Shown piece after piece: positions 8,406-18,209 of a stretch of DNA of 64,000 bases. Where the stretch lies: positions 70,179-134,178 of the forward strand of contig JBGCEJ010000013.1 of the NCBI GenBank assembly GCA_045106235.1, in the 5' to 3' direction. Both the position numbers and the translations under genes were made by a program. How positions within the stretch are numbered: the first letter of the stretch is position 1; every line of letters starts with the position of its first letter. The DNA comes from Myxococcota bacterium (GTDB lineage Bacteria; Myxococcota_A; UBA9160; UBA4427). The notes under the pieces are model-generated. The model was not told where the DNA came from, ran no database searches, and worked only from the letters and a program-made list of their open reading frames with translations.

Positions 8406-9350
8406 TCAGGACAGCTCGAGCATCTTTTCGATCGGCAGCAAGGCCTGCTTCGCCAACTCCTCGGGCACCGTCACAACCGGCCCCTCGTCTCGCAAGCAGA
8501 GGTAGAGCTTTTCGAGGGTGTTGAGGCGCATATACGGACATTGATTGCAGGCGCAGCTCTCGTCCATGCCGGGTGCCTGGTAGAGCACCTTGTTCGGCGC
8601 TTGCTGCATGATCGAATGAAAGACGCCGTCTTCCGTCGCAATAATCGAAGGCCGATCCGCCGTCTCAACCGCCCGATTGATGATGCCCGTCGTGCTGGCG
8701 ATGAAATCCGCTTGGTCCAGAACCGCCTGATCGCATTCGGGATGTGCCAGGACTTCCGCGTCTGGATGCTTGATTTTCAGCTTCGCGAGGCCCTTGGCGC
8801 TGAAGAGTTCATGGACGATGCAGGCGCCCTGCCAAACGATCAGATCATCGCGGCCCGTCTCCTTGCCAACCCAGCGCGCCAAATGTCGATCGGGCGCAAA
8901 GATCAGCTTCTCTCCTTCGAAATGCTCAACCATCTTGACCGCGTTGGATGACGTACAGATCAGATCGCTCATGGCCTTCACCCCCGCAGAGGCGTTGATG
9001 TAGGTCAGCACCTTCGCGCCGGGATGCTCCGCAATGAATGCCTTGAAGTCCTCGGGCTTACATCCATCCGCCAGGGAACAGCCCGCTTCCATATCCGGCA
9101 CGATGACCGGAATACCGGGGTTTAGAATCGCAGCGGTCTCGGCCATGAAATGCACGCCGCAAAAAACGATCCGCTCACACTCGATGTCCTGCGCAGCACG
9201 GGCCAGCGCAAGAGAATCACCCACCACATCCGCAAGATCCTGGACCTCTGATTCCTGGTAATAATGCGCCAGGATGACGGCCCCCTTTTCTCGCTTCAGG
9301 TCGAGGATCGCTTCTTCAAGATTCTCGGGCAGATCGTGGTTCTGGGTCAT
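8406..9350 (-). CDS. nadA: quinolinate synthase
   Basis: 314 aa, collinear with NadA: ILAHYYQ...VGDSL, FCGVHFMAETA, ILAHPEC, and conserved Cys residues for the Fe-S cluster. Confidence 0.95.
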   Translation of the reverse strand: MTQNHDLPENLEEAILDLKREKGAVILAHYYQESEVQDLADVVGDSLALARAAQDIECERIVFCGVHFMAETAAILNPGIPVIVPDMEAGCSLADGCKPEDFKAFIAEHPGAKVLTYINASAGVKAMSDLICTSSNAVKMVEHFEGEKLIFAPDRHLARWVGKETGRDDLIVWQGACIVHELFSAKGLAKLKIKHPDAEVLAHPECDQAVLDQADFIASTTGIINRAVETADRPSIIATEDGVFHSIMQQAPNKVLYQAPGMDESCACNQCPYMRLNTLEKLYLCLRDEGPVVTVPEELAKQALLPIEKMLELS

Positions 9351-9537
9351 CGTGGTTCTCCTTGGGTGCCGGCCAAAAGGGGTCCGGACCGATCGGAACG
9401 GCGCAGACGCGCTCGCTCCTGGGCCGTGAATCTAGGCAGATAAAGCCCGAATTCAAGGCCATCGCTCCCCTGGGTGCCCCACGGGCTACATCACGTCATG
9501 GAGCGCCGCGCCTGGGCAGGGAGCGCTGGGCGTCGTC

Positions 9538-10416
9538 CTACGATTTGACGGGCTCGATCAGCAGCGTCGGCACGCCTTGCGTCTGATCACGCACGGTACA
9601 CACCCGCGTCCCGGCCTTGAATCCGTCCCGCACTTCGGAGACATCCACGCCCGCTGCGGCCAGCCTCGCCGCAATCGCGTCGATCTCGCGCACCTTCCAC
9701 GCGAGGCCACCGAAGCGGTCGACGCTGTCCTCCTTCACGGGCGCATCCAGCTTGCCGCCAATCTCGAGCGTCGCGCCGCCGATCCTGAAAAAGAGCAGAC
9801 GCACGCCCCGCTTCTCGAAGGTTCGGTCGAGCGCGAGCCGAATGCCGAGATCCTCTTCGTAGAATCGGCGCGTCGCGTCGGGGGCCGTGCTGTAGACCAC
9901 CACATGATCGAGGCCGAAAACGCTCGCCTCTCCAGCCTCCGTCGGCTGAAAGGCGGGCGCTTCGTCGCTGATCAGTTCGATGCCGAGTCCTCGACTGCGC
10001 TTCCGGTCCATTTCAAGGCAGCGGTATTCGCGCCCCACTCCCCGCTCCGCCTCCGACTCGACTTCAGCGAAAACCTCCGTCTGAGCGCTTGCGGGGCGGA
10101 GTGCCCTCGCTCGGAGCGCCTCGTCGATCGCCGCGGAGTCGGGACCCGCGAGTCGGACGCCGGCGATCCGCGCTTCACCCGTGGGCGCGCCACCCGCTTC
10201 CGATGTTCGAAGCTCGAGCCGCATATTCTCAAGCGAGAAGAGACCACTGCGCGTTTTGCGGGCGGCATTCACCTCGATTCTCGGAAGGGGCAACCCCAGA
10301 AGCTGCGCGTACTCCCGCAGGCCGACTTCTAGATCGGGTGTCTCGATCACAACGCTATGAAACGAATTCAGCATACGCAGAACATCGCACGTCTTTTTCG
10401 CTATGCCCTGCATCAT
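9538..10416 (-). CDS. two-domain VOC (glyoxalase / bleomycin-resistance / dioxygenase) family protein
   Basis: Two repeats of the beta-alpha-beta3 VOC pattern (FHSVVIETPD...; GLDHVVVYSTAPDATRRFYEEDLG...). The true start may be the internal ATG at 10374, which removes the overlap with the divergent gene. Confidence 0.6.
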   Translation of the reverse strand: MMQGIAKKTCDVLRMLNSFHSVVIETPDLEVGLREYAQLLGLPLPRIEVNAARKTRSGLFSLENMRLELRTSEAGGAPTGEARIAGVRLAGPDSAAIDEALRARALRPASAQTEVFAEVESEAERGVGREYRCLEMDRKRSRGLGIELISDEAPAFQPTEAGEASVFGLDHVVVYSTAPDATRRFYEEDLGIRLALDRTFEKRGVRLLFFRIGGATLEIGGKLDAPVKEDSVDRFGGLAWKVREIDAIAARLAAAGVDVSEVRDGFKAGTRVCTVRDQTQGVPTLLIEPVKS

Positions 10417-11785
10417 GGCTCAACCCTCAGTCGCATTGCCGCGCGCTCGCCGCCCAAACACGCTGCGCAAAGCCCGCCGCCGCGCCTCCTCTTTCGCCCG
10501 CGCCTCCGTCCTCGCCCTCGGTCTGGTCAGCGCAGTCGCTATGGGCTGCGGCAACGACGCGCCGCTCCGCCCCGACCTGGTTTTGATCACAGTGGACCGA
10601 TTGGCAACGGATCGGCTGCCCTGCTTCGAGGGCGAAAATGATCCGGGCGATGCCATTTGTGCCCTCGCGGACGGCGGCACGCTGTTCGCCTGGACGGCAG
10701 CCAGCGGCGCCGGAGAGGCCTCCGCTGCGGCCAGCGTACTCACCGGGCTGCCCCCCGTAGTCCACGGCGTCGCCGATGATGGCCGGAGCTTTCTCCGCGA
10801 TCCCCTGATCAGCATCGCCGAGGAACTCGGCCAGAGCGGCTATTCAACTGCGGCCTTCGTGGCGAGCCCACGTGTGAACCGCAGCCGGCGGCTCGATCAA
10901 GGCTTTGCTTTGTACGACGACCGCTTCGCATCCCGCGACCGCTCACGACTCGGTTCCGGAGATGAGCGGGCCACCCTCGATCGGCAGGTCCGCGCTTGGT
11001 TCGAGCGGACGGAATCCCCGCGCTTTGCCTGGATCCATCTCGATCGCGATGCAGGTCAGGTCCAACTGGACCGGCTCGTCTCTCGCCTCGCCACCCCCCT
11101 CGAAAAAGGCGCCCAAGGCCCCGGCATCATCTTCGCGGGTCTGCGCGGAGAAATCGGCGGGGCCGAAACGAGCGAAGGCGCGACCACAAACGCCTCGACC
11201 GAGCGTGCCTTCAGCGAGATCGAATGGCGCTCTCACCGCGTGCCCTTGATCTGGCGCCCGCCGGCCGGCGTGACCGAAGGCGTCCCCCGCGTCAGTCGAC
11301 GCCTGGCCAGCCTCTACGATATCGCCCCCACCCTGCGCGCCGCCGCTCGACTTGCAGAGGCCAGCGACACCGAAGCGAATGCGGGTGACGCCACGCCCGC
11401 CGCCCCCCGCGGCCGAGACCTCAGCCAACTTCGGGGGCCCGGAGGTCGATCCGAAGCGGACGATTCCAACGGCCGTTTCTACGTCCTGCTCGAAGCCGCC
11501 GGGGATCAGGTCGGGCTCGCCGCGGAGCATCATCTCTACGTTCGCCAGCGCAGTCCCCTGGACGGCACGGGGCGGCCCGTCCCCACGACCTCCCTCGAAC
11601 TCCGGGGCGCACGTTTTTCGACGATTGAGGCCGGGGATCCACTTTTTGAGGGACGCCCCCGCACCGCGCGCCTAGACTTCTCGGGGTGGCGCGCCGACGT
11701 ACTGAGCAGCGACTCTCCCGTTCCCCAACTCGAATATCATCTCGCCCGCCGGCTTGACCGGCTCCCGGAGACCCCGACCCCATGA
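10403..11785 (+). CDS. sulfatase/alkaline-phosphatase-superfamily-like lipoprotein with degenerate catalytic motifs
   Basis: Signal ending in the lipobox-like AMGC. LVLITVDRLATDRL and FAWIHLDRD resemble the sulfatase-fold metal-site strands. The C/S-x-P-x-R and GDHG positions read EASAAASVLTG and GLRGE. The start may be the ATG at 10415. Confidence 0.55.
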   Translation: MPCIMAQPSVALPRARRPNTLRKARRRASSFARASVLALGLVSAVAMGCGNDAPLRPDLVLITVDRLATDRLPCFEGENDPGDAICALADGGTLFAWTAASGAGEASAAASVLTGLPPVVHGVADDGRSFLRDPLISIAEELGQSGYSTAAFVASPRVNRSRRLDQGFALYDDRFASRDRSRLGSGDERATLDRQVRAWFERTESPRFAWIHLDRDAGQVQLDRLVSRLATPLEKGAQGPGIIFAGLRGEIGGAETSEGATTNASTERAFSEIEWRSHRVPLIWRPPAGVTEGVPRVSRRLASLYDIAPTLRAAARLAEASDTEANAGDATPAAPRGRDLSQLRGPGGRSEADDSNGRFYVLLEAAGDQVGLAAEHHLYVRQRSPLDGTGRPVPTTSLELRGARFSTIEAGDPLFEGRPRTARLDFSGWRADVLSSDSPVPQLEYHLARRLDRLPETPTP

Positions 11786-13200
11786 GCTCCGCTGAAGAGC
11801 CTTCCCTGCTCTCTCGCCCCGCCTTCGCCATCGCACTCGGCATCGTCATCGGCGGCCTGCTGCTTTTTCTCGCTTCACTCCAACCCGTCCGCCGACTCGG
11901 CGACGAGATTGCGATCCGCGTCAACGGCGTCGATCCGCGCATGGCGCGAGACGTCTTGCTCCCCGGCTATGGCTGGACGCTTCAGGTCCTCCTCCCGGTC
12001 AACGCCGAAACCGGCAAGACCGAGCTCCCGGAGAATCTGATCGTCGAACTCCGCGAAGAGCGCACGGGGCTCACGCTCGAGATCCAGGATCGCCTGCTTC
12101 TGCGCGACGGCTACGCAAGTTATACGGTGCCCAAAGATCTCGGGCTGCATGAGGGGCTGATTGCGATTCGGCTCCTGCTTGCCGACGAAGAAGGCAATCC
12201 CGATGGCCGCGCCGAGGACTGGGTGCGCGTGCGGCTGCGCCCTTGGACGAATGGCCCCCCCGTCGGCAGTCGCCAATGGGTCTTTTTCGATTTCGGCGTC
12301 GACCAGAACGAAAACGGGCGCATCGACTTTCACGAAGACCTCGAACGCCTGGGCTTCGCGGCTGGCGCTGCAACAACCGCGGCCCTCGCCGATGCGATTG
12401 CGGACCGCGCACTGCGCCGCGTACTCCGCGCGTACAACCCCGAACACGATCCCAACCGCACAGGTCAAGACCGCGACATCGTTCGGGTGCGCTTTGAAAT
12501 CGATCCGTCGACCATCCCCAAACCGAGTCCCTACACAACGCGAATCTGTGTCGGTGGCGTCGATCCCAGCCACCCCGAATCCGTGGGCCAGGTCGGCTTC
12601 GATCGCGACAACAAGAAAAAATCCTCCACGGAATGCGGCCTCGAGCCGCCGGCGGGCATCTTCCCCTCTGCGCTTGCGACTTACCGGGACTCGGCGCTCT
12701 ACAAACAGATTCTCGCCCCCTTTAATGCGGCAAGCGGCGGTGTCCCAATCGGAAATCATGCCGAGGACGCAGCCGCCCTCGCCCAGATTGCGAGCGCCGG
12801 CGTCGATGAAGCCCCCGGCTCTCGAAACCCAGCAACCGGCGGCCAAAGCGAGCGAGAACGCGCGCTCTCAAACGCGATCAGCGTCCTCGGAGACGCACTC
12901 GGCAGCATCATGGCCCACGAAACGGGACATGCGCTCGGCCTGGTCGCCGAAGGCGCGCCCGGTGTCGGGCTCTTTGGCGGCAGTTCGCAAAACGATTTCG
13001 CGCATAACCTCGCCGCCGACGGTTCCGAGCCCGCGCAGCCCTGGCTGATGAACCCCGGGCGGAGCCTCAGCTTCGAAGCGCTCGCCGGTCGCGATGAAAG
13101 CGGCGAGCTTCATTTCCGCCCACTCAACTATGCCTATCTCCGAGACCGAATCGTCCTGATCGAGGGCCGCATGAAGCGGATCAAGAAGGAACAGATCTAG
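11782..13200 (+). CDS. membrane-anchored putative zinc metallopeptidase (HExxH)
   Basis: N-terminal TM helix AFAIALGIVIGGLLLFLASL. MAHETGHALGL motif near the C-terminus. The ATGA overlap with the upstream gene indicates translational coupling. Confidence 0.5.
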   Translation: MSSAEEPSLLSRPAFAIALGIVIGGLLLFLASLQPVRRLGDEIAIRVNGVDPRMARDVLLPGYGWTLQVLLPVNAETGKTELPENLIVELREERTGLTLEIQDRLLLRDGYASYTVPKDLGLHEGLIAIRLLLADEEGNPDGRAEDWVRVRLRPWTNGPPVGSRQWVFFDFGVDQNENGRIDFHEDLERLGFAAGAATTAALADAIADRALRRVLRAYNPEHDPNRTGQDRDIVRVRFEIDPSTIPKPSPYTTRICVGGVDPSHPESVGQVGFDRDNKKKSSTECGLEPPAGIFPSALATYRDSALYKQILAPFNAASGGVPIGNHAEDAAALAQIASAGVDEAPGSRNPATGGQSERERALSNAISVLGDALGSIMAHETGHALGLVAEGAPGVGLFGGSSQNDFAHNLAADGSEPAQPWLMNPGRSLSFEALAGRDESGELHFRPLNYAYLRDRIVLIEGRMKRIKKEQI

Positions 13201-14279
13201 AGATCCCAGAAGAAGTCTTTGTTCGTGAGCTCATCTTCTTCGGCCGCGGCCTCGGCCTGCATTGTTTCGCGCTCCTCGGGCGTGCCGCGGTCTTCCCCGC
13301 GCTGAATCCGCTCGACGAGTTCCTCGAGATCTCGCGTTTCCGTCTCCCAGTACTCTTCCGTATCAAAATGCGGAAACGCATCGGGGAAAGCAGGGTCTTC
13401 CCAGCGCCGCGCGATCCAGCCCGCATAGAAGACGAAGCGGAATCCGCGCAGCGGCTCGATCAGGTCGAAGCCCCGCTCATCGAAGGGCCGAAATTGTCGG
13501 TAGGCCTCAACCAAAAGGCGCCGCTGTCGATCCGCTTCCGCATCACGCCCCGGCAGCATCATCCATACGTCCTGCACGGGTGGGCCCACAACCATGTCGT
13601 CGAAATCGAGAAAGAACCAACCGTCGTCGCCGCGCAGAAGATTGCCGGCATGACAGTCCCCGTGTATCGGCTGGGTTTCGAGCCCCCGACTTCGCTCGCG
13701 GTACACCTCGACGAGTGCTTCCACCGCGCGCGCATAACGCCCCGCGCAGTTCGGCGGCAACCATTCTTCTCGCTCGAGTAGATCGAGGGCTTCGAGCGGG
13801 CCATGCTCGGGGTCCAAAGGCCGCCGATGGGGCGCCCCGAGATCCGCTGCGATGGTATGAATCCGCGCAAGCAGCCGACCCAACATCTCAATCTGGTCGT
13901 CCGCCAACTCGTCGGGTGAGCGCCCGCCCGTCCGCGGCCAGATCGCGTAGTGAATCTCTTCGATCTCATGCAGCGTATCGCCGCCAGGCCCCGTGGCAGG
14001 CGTCTCGAACCGGATCGGCGCGCAAACGGGAATCTCCGCTTCCGCCAGAGCGGCCAACAATCGATGCTCATCGAGAATCGCTTCTCTGGACCAGCGTCCC
14101 GGGCGATAGAATTTCGCCACAACATGCCGGCCATCTTCGAGGCGGACGTCGTAGACGCGGTTCTCCAGCGCGTTGAGCGCGAAACAATGACCTGAAGGCG
14201 GGGAGCCCGCCGCGGCGACCGCCTGCAGGACGCGTTCAGGAGAGAGGCGGAAGAAGAACTCGTTCAGGTGCTGACCCAT
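13197..14279 (-). CDS. srkA: stress-response Ser/Thr kinase of the SrkA/RdoA (YihE) family
   Basis: IHGDCHAGNLL...FLDFDDMVVGPPVQDVWMML matches the YihE/APH-fold catalytic and Mg-binding loops. Confidence 0.8.
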   Translation of the reverse strand: MGQHLNEFFFRLSPERVLQAVAAAGSPPSGHCFALNALENRVYDVRLEDGRHVVAKFYRPGRWSREAILDEHRLLAALAEAEIPVCAPIRFETPATGPGGDTLHEIEEIHYAIWPRTGGRSPDELADDQIEMLGRLLARIHTIAADLGAPHRRPLDPEHGPLEALDLLEREEWLPPNCAGRYARAVEALVEVYRERSRGLETQPIHGDCHAGNLLRGDDGWFFLDFDDMVVGPPVQDVWMMLPGRDAEADRQRRLLVEAYRQFRPFDERGFDLIEPLRGFRFVFYAGWIARRWEDPAFPDAFPHFDTEEYWETETRDLEELVERIQRGEDRGTPEERETMQAEAAAEEDELTNKDFFWDL

Positions 14280-14394
14280 GGTCGGAGCATACCCCGCTCC
14301 TCCGCTTGCTCAGAAATTCCACTTTCGTTAGTCTTTACAGACACTTAGCGGCGAACCGCCGCGTTTTACGCCCCCATTTCCTGGAGCCCCCGAC

Positions 14395-16395
14395 TTGTCC
14401 TCCTCCGACTCTGCCTCCGCCGCCCCCCCGAAGCGCGACCGCCCCTGGCTCTTCCGCACCTACTCCGGCCATTCCTCGGCCTCGGCGAGTAACGCGCTCT
14501 ACCGCAGCAATCTTGCTAAGGGGCAGACGGGCCTCTCCGTCGCTTTCGATCTCCCGACGCAGACCGGCTACGACTCCGACCATCCCCTCGCCCGCGGCGA
14601 AGTCGGCAAGGTCGGCGTTCCGATCTCCCATATCGACGATATGCAGCGCCTCTTCGAGGAGATCCCCCTCGAGCGCATGAACACCTCGATGACGATCAAT
14701 GCGACCGCCGCCTGGCTCCTCTCGCTCTACATCGCGACCGCAGAACGCCAGGGTACGACCCAAGACAAACTCCGCGGCACGACGCAGAACGACATCATCA
14801 AGGAATACCTCTCGCGCGGCACCTTCGTGTTCCCACCCGAAGCCTCCATGCGGCTCACCAGCGAAATCGTCTCCTATACCGTGGACAAGGTTCCGAATTG
14901 GAACCCCATGAATATCTGCTCCTATCACCTTCAGGAGGCGGGCGCGACGCCGGTCCAGGAAATCGCCTTCGCCATGGCCAACGCGATTTCGATCCTCGAC
15001 CAGGTAAAAGCGTTAGGCGTCGATGAAGACACCCTCTCCCGCGTCTTCGGCCGCATCTCCTTCTTCCTGAATGCGGGCATTCGCTTCGTGGAAGAGATGT
15101 GCAAATGCCGCGCGATGACCCAGCTCTGGAAAGAGATCGGCCAGGAACGCTACGGCGTGACGGACGAGAAGATGCTGCGCCTCCGCTACGGCGTTCAGGT
15201 CAACAGCCTCGGCCTAACAGAAGCGCAGCCCGAAAATAACATTATTCGCATCGCCCTTGAGGCGCTGGGCGTGACGCTTTCGAAGAATGCCCGGGCGCGC
15301 TCGCTTCAGCTCCCCGCATGGAACGAAGCGCTCGGCCTGCCGCGCCCCTGGGACCAGCAGCTCTCGCTGCGAACGCAACAGATCATGGCCTACGAAACGG
15401 ACCTACTTGAGTACGGCGATCTCTTCGATGGTTCCCATGTCGTCGAGGGCCGCACGAAGGAACTCGTCGAAGAGGCCCGAGAAGAGCTCGACCGCGTCCT
15501 CGCCATGGGCGGCGCGGTGGCCGCCGTCGAAAACGCGTACATGAAGCAGAAGCTCGTCGAGAGCCATACGGCGCGGATCCGGGCCATTGAGTCCGGCGAA
15601 ATGACGGTCGTGGGCGTGAACGATTACCGCGAGACCGTCGAATCGCCCCTCGTCGAAGAAGGTTCGGGCTCGATCCTCAAGGTGGATGAATCCGCTGAGC
15701 GCGACCAGATCGCGTCCCTTGAAGCCTTCCGCAAGAAGCGGAACGCGGACGAAGCCAAGAACGCGCTGCGCGGGATCGAGGACGCGATCAAGAACGGGGA
15801 TAATATTATGCCCGCTTCAATCGCGGCCGCGAAAGCCGGTGTAACGACCGGGGAATGGACCGCGGTCCTGCGCGAGGTTTTCGGCGAATACCGCGCGCCG
15901 ACGGGCGTGGGAGCGACCCCAATGACCGCCGCAAGCGAGGATGTTGAATTGGTCCGCAAACGCGTGAACGAACTTTCCGACAAGCTCGGCCGACGGCTGA
16001 AGATTCTCGTAGGCAAGCCCGGACTCGACGGACATAGCAACGGCGCCGAGCAGATCGCCGTGAAGGCCCGGGACGTCGGCATGGAAGTCGTCTACGACGG
16101 CATCCGCCTCACGCCAGAAGAAATCGTCCAGTCCGCGCGGGACGAAGGCGTCCACGTGATCGGACTCTCGATTCTCTCCGGCTCCCACGGCGTGCTCGTC
16201 GTGGACGTCGTCAATCAGCTGCGCGACGCGGGACTCGGAGATATCCCCGTCATCATCGGCGGCATCATCCCCGAAGACGATGCGGCCAAGCTCGAAGAAG
16301 CCGGCGTGAAGCGCGTCTATACGCCGAAGGATTTCGACCTCACGCGCATCATGGACGAGATCGTCGATGTCGTCGCGGAGTCGAACCCCGGCTGA
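14395..16395 (+). CDS. B12-dependent acyl-CoA mutase, single-chain, MeaA/ethylmalonyl-CoA-mutase-like
   Basis: RPWLFRTYSGHSSA...GQTGLSVAFDLPTQTGYDSDHPLARGEVGKVGV is the mutase substrate barrel. C-terminal B12 domain has GLDGHSNG (DxHxxG). TTG start with GGAG upstream. Confidence 0.85.
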   Translation: MSSSDSASAAPPKRDRPWLFRTYSGHSSASASNALYRSNLAKGQTGLSVAFDLPTQTGYDSDHPLARGEVGKVGVPISHIDDMQRLFEEIPLERMNTSMTINATAAWLLSLYIATAERQGTTQDKLRGTTQNDIIKEYLSRGTFVFPPEASMRLTSEIVSYTVDKVPNWNPMNICSYHLQEAGATPVQEIAFAMANAISILDQVKALGVDEDTLSRVFGRISFFLNAGIRFVEEMCKCRAMTQLWKEIGQERYGVTDEKMLRLRYGVQVNSLGLTEAQPENNIIRIALEALGVTLSKNARARSLQLPAWNEALGLPRPWDQQLSLRTQQIMAYETDLLEYGDLFDGSHVVEGRTKELVEEAREELDRVLAMGGAVAAVENAYMKQKLVESHTARIRAIESGEMTVVGVNDYRETVESPLVEEGSGSILKVDESAERDQIASLEAFRKKRNADEAKNALRGIEDAIKNGDNIMPASIAAAKAGVTTGEWTAVLREVFGEYRAPTGVGATPMTAASEDVELVRKRVNELSDKLGRRLKILVGKPGLDGHSNGAEQIAVKARDVGMEVVYDGIRLTPEEIVQSARDEGVHVIGLSILSGSHGVLVVDVVNQLRDAGLGDIPVIIGGIIPEDDAAKLEEAGVKRVYTPKDFDLTRIMDEIVDVVAESNPG

Positions 16396-17375
16396 TGCGA
16401 GAGACGCCGGAAGCGCTCGCTGAGGCCGTGCTCGCGGGGGACCGTGCTGCGGTCTCGAGGGCGCTGAACTTGGTCGACAACCAGCGACCGGATCAGCGTG
16501 CCCAAGCGCTGACACTCCTCGATGCGCTCGAGGGGCGCGGTCCGGGCATGCAGATCGGGGTCACCGGCGCGCCGGGAGCGGGCAAGTCGACGCTCCTCGA
16601 TGCGATCGTCTCGGGACTCCGTGCGCGGGATCGATCCGTCGGCATCCTCGCCGTCGACCCCTCCAGTCAGCGCACAGGGGGCGCCCTGCTCGGCGACCGC
16701 ATGCGGCTCAGCTCCTCGGCGCGAGACGCAGGCGTCTTTCTTCGTTCGATGGCCGCCCGCGACCAACTCGGCGGCTTGGCGGAAGCAACGGGACCGAGCC
16801 TCGACGTGATGATCGCCGCTTTTTCCGCGGTCTTCGTCGAGACGGTCGGCGTCGGACAATCCGAGTCCGAGGTCAGCGACCTCGTCGACACCCTGGTCTT
16901 CGTGGCCCAACCCGCCGCAGGCGACCTGATTCAGTTCATGAAAGCCGGCATTCTCGAATGGCCCGACGTGTTCTTCGTGAACAAGGCCGACCTCGGAGAC
17001 ATCGCCCCGCGCACCGCTGCTGAGCTCCGCGCCGGCCTCGACCTCGGCGCGCGTCGCGACCCAGACTACGAGCCTCCCGTGTTATGCGGATCCGCGCAGG
17101 ATGGCAGCCAAATCGACGAGCTGATCGACGCGATCGATGCGCATCAGGCGTATCTCAAAGCCTCTGGCCAAGGCGCAATTCGCCGGGCCACGGGGCGCCT
17201 CGCCCGGGTCGAGCATACGTTAGGCACGCGCTACGGCCGCTTCGGCCTCGCCCAGCTGAAAGGCCGGATCGAAATCGAGGCCTATGTCGCGCAGCACCCC
17301 GAGCAGTCCGCGGAACGCATCATCGCGGATCTTGGCGCTGAAATTGAAGAGGCGCTCACGCGTGGCGGACGCTGA
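16395..17375 (+). CDS. meaB: methylmalonyl-CoA-mutase-associated GTPase (G3E chaperone)
   Basis: P-loop GVTGAPGAGKSTL, VETVGVGQSE and NKAD motifs. The start overlaps the mutase stop by 1 nt (TGATG). Confidence 0.9.
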   Translation: MRETPEALAEAVLAGDRAAVSRALNLVDNQRPDQRAQALTLLDALEGRGPGMQIGVTGAPGAGKSTLLDAIVSGLRARDRSVGILAVDPSSQRTGGALLGDRMRLSSSARDAGVFLRSMAARDQLGGLAEATGPSLDVMIAAFSAVFVETVGVGQSESEVSDLVDTLVFVAQPAAGDLIQFMKAGILEWPDVFFVNKADLGDIAPRTAAELRAGLDLGARRDPDYEPPVLCGSAQDGSQIDELIDAIDAHQAYLKASGQGAIRRATGRLARVEHTLGTRYGRFGLAQLKGRIEIEAYVAQHPEQSAERIIADLGAEIEEALTRGGR

Positions 17376-17619
17376 AGCGAAGGGCGGCTCGGCGATCGGG
17401 CGGATCCTGCGGACCGTTCTCTGGGCCGTGCTGATCGCGTTCTCGATCGGATTCTTCATCGGGACCTTGCTTCGCCGCGAACTCGACAAGCCTGTCCGCT
17501 TCATCGGGCGGATCGAATCCCCGGGTCCCGCAAGCACGCGTCCGCTGCCGGGCCCGCGCCCGTCCAGAGAAGCCTATTCCGTTCCGCGATTCACCCAGGC
17601 GACATCCGCCACCTCCTGA
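17362..17619 (+). CDS. possible small membrane protein (weak call)
   Basis: An in-frame GTG overlaps the end of meaB. It encodes one clear TM helix (ILRTVLWAVLIAFSIGFFIGTLL). The 3' end overlaps the convergent adenosyltransferase gene, so it may be spurious. Confidence 0.25.
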   Translation: MADAEAKGGSAIGRILRTVLWAVLIAFSIGFFIGTLLRRELDKPVRFIGRIESPGPASTRPLPGPRPSREAYSVPRFTQATSATS

Positions 17620-18140
17620 CGCGCGTTCTCATGGCGCGCGATCACGAAGAGCAGATCAGAAAGGCGATTCAGATACTGGAGCGAACTCTCTTCGACAGAT
17701 TCGTCGGGATCGCCCGCAAGATGAACAACGGCTCGTTCCGCACGACGGCACACGGTTCGGGCCACATGAAATGCCGCCGCAGAAGGTGTTCCGCCGGGCA
17801 AAATGAAGGTCGTCAGCGGCGGAAGATGCTCCTCAAGGGAGTCGATCAGCGTTTCCAGCGAGGCGATGTCCTCGGCGTTCACGCCGCCGACGCCGGCCTT
17901 CTCGCGATGTGACGCTGAAGGCGTTGCCAAAGACGCCCCGAGGTCGAAGAGCGCACTCTGAATCGTTTGCAGCGCATCGGCGAGCTTGGGGTCCGAGCCC
18001 GAGGCCGCGGCCATCCCCACCGTCGCGTTCAGCTCGTCCACGTCGCCGTAGGCCGCCACACGCTCAGCATCTTTGCCGACGCGTTCGCCCCCAAATAGAT
18101 CGGTCTGTCCCGCGTCGCCGCGGCGCGTATAAATCTTCAC
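17574..18140 (-). CDS. PduO-type ATP:cob(I)alamin adenosyltransferase
   Basis: (V)KIYTRRGDAGQTDLFGG at the N-terminus and a four-helix-bundle pattern. I chose the GTG at 18140 over the track start at 18170 to match the canonical MKIYT start. Confidence 0.85.
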   Translation of the reverse strand: MKIYTRRGDAGQTDLFGGERVGKDAERVAAYGDVDELNATVGMAAASGSDPKLADALQTIQSALFDLGASLATPSASHREKAGVGGVNAEDIASLETLIDSLEEHLPPLTTFILPGGTPSAAAFHVARTVCRRAERAVVHLAGDPDESVEESSLQYLNRLSDLLFVIARHENARQEVADVAWVNRGTE

Positions 18141-18209
18141 ACCCCAACTATAGCGGCGCGGCCGGCACACGGACGACGCGCAAGCGCGTTCCGGGCGAAA
18201 ACGCTCGAC

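Noticed and set aside
14280-14394. Cobalamin riboswitch upstream of the B12-dependent mutase
   Set aside because: The spacer is only about 115 nt. I could not find the conserved B12-box or the paired elements by eye. A covariance-model scan (Rfam cobalamin) would be needed to be certain.
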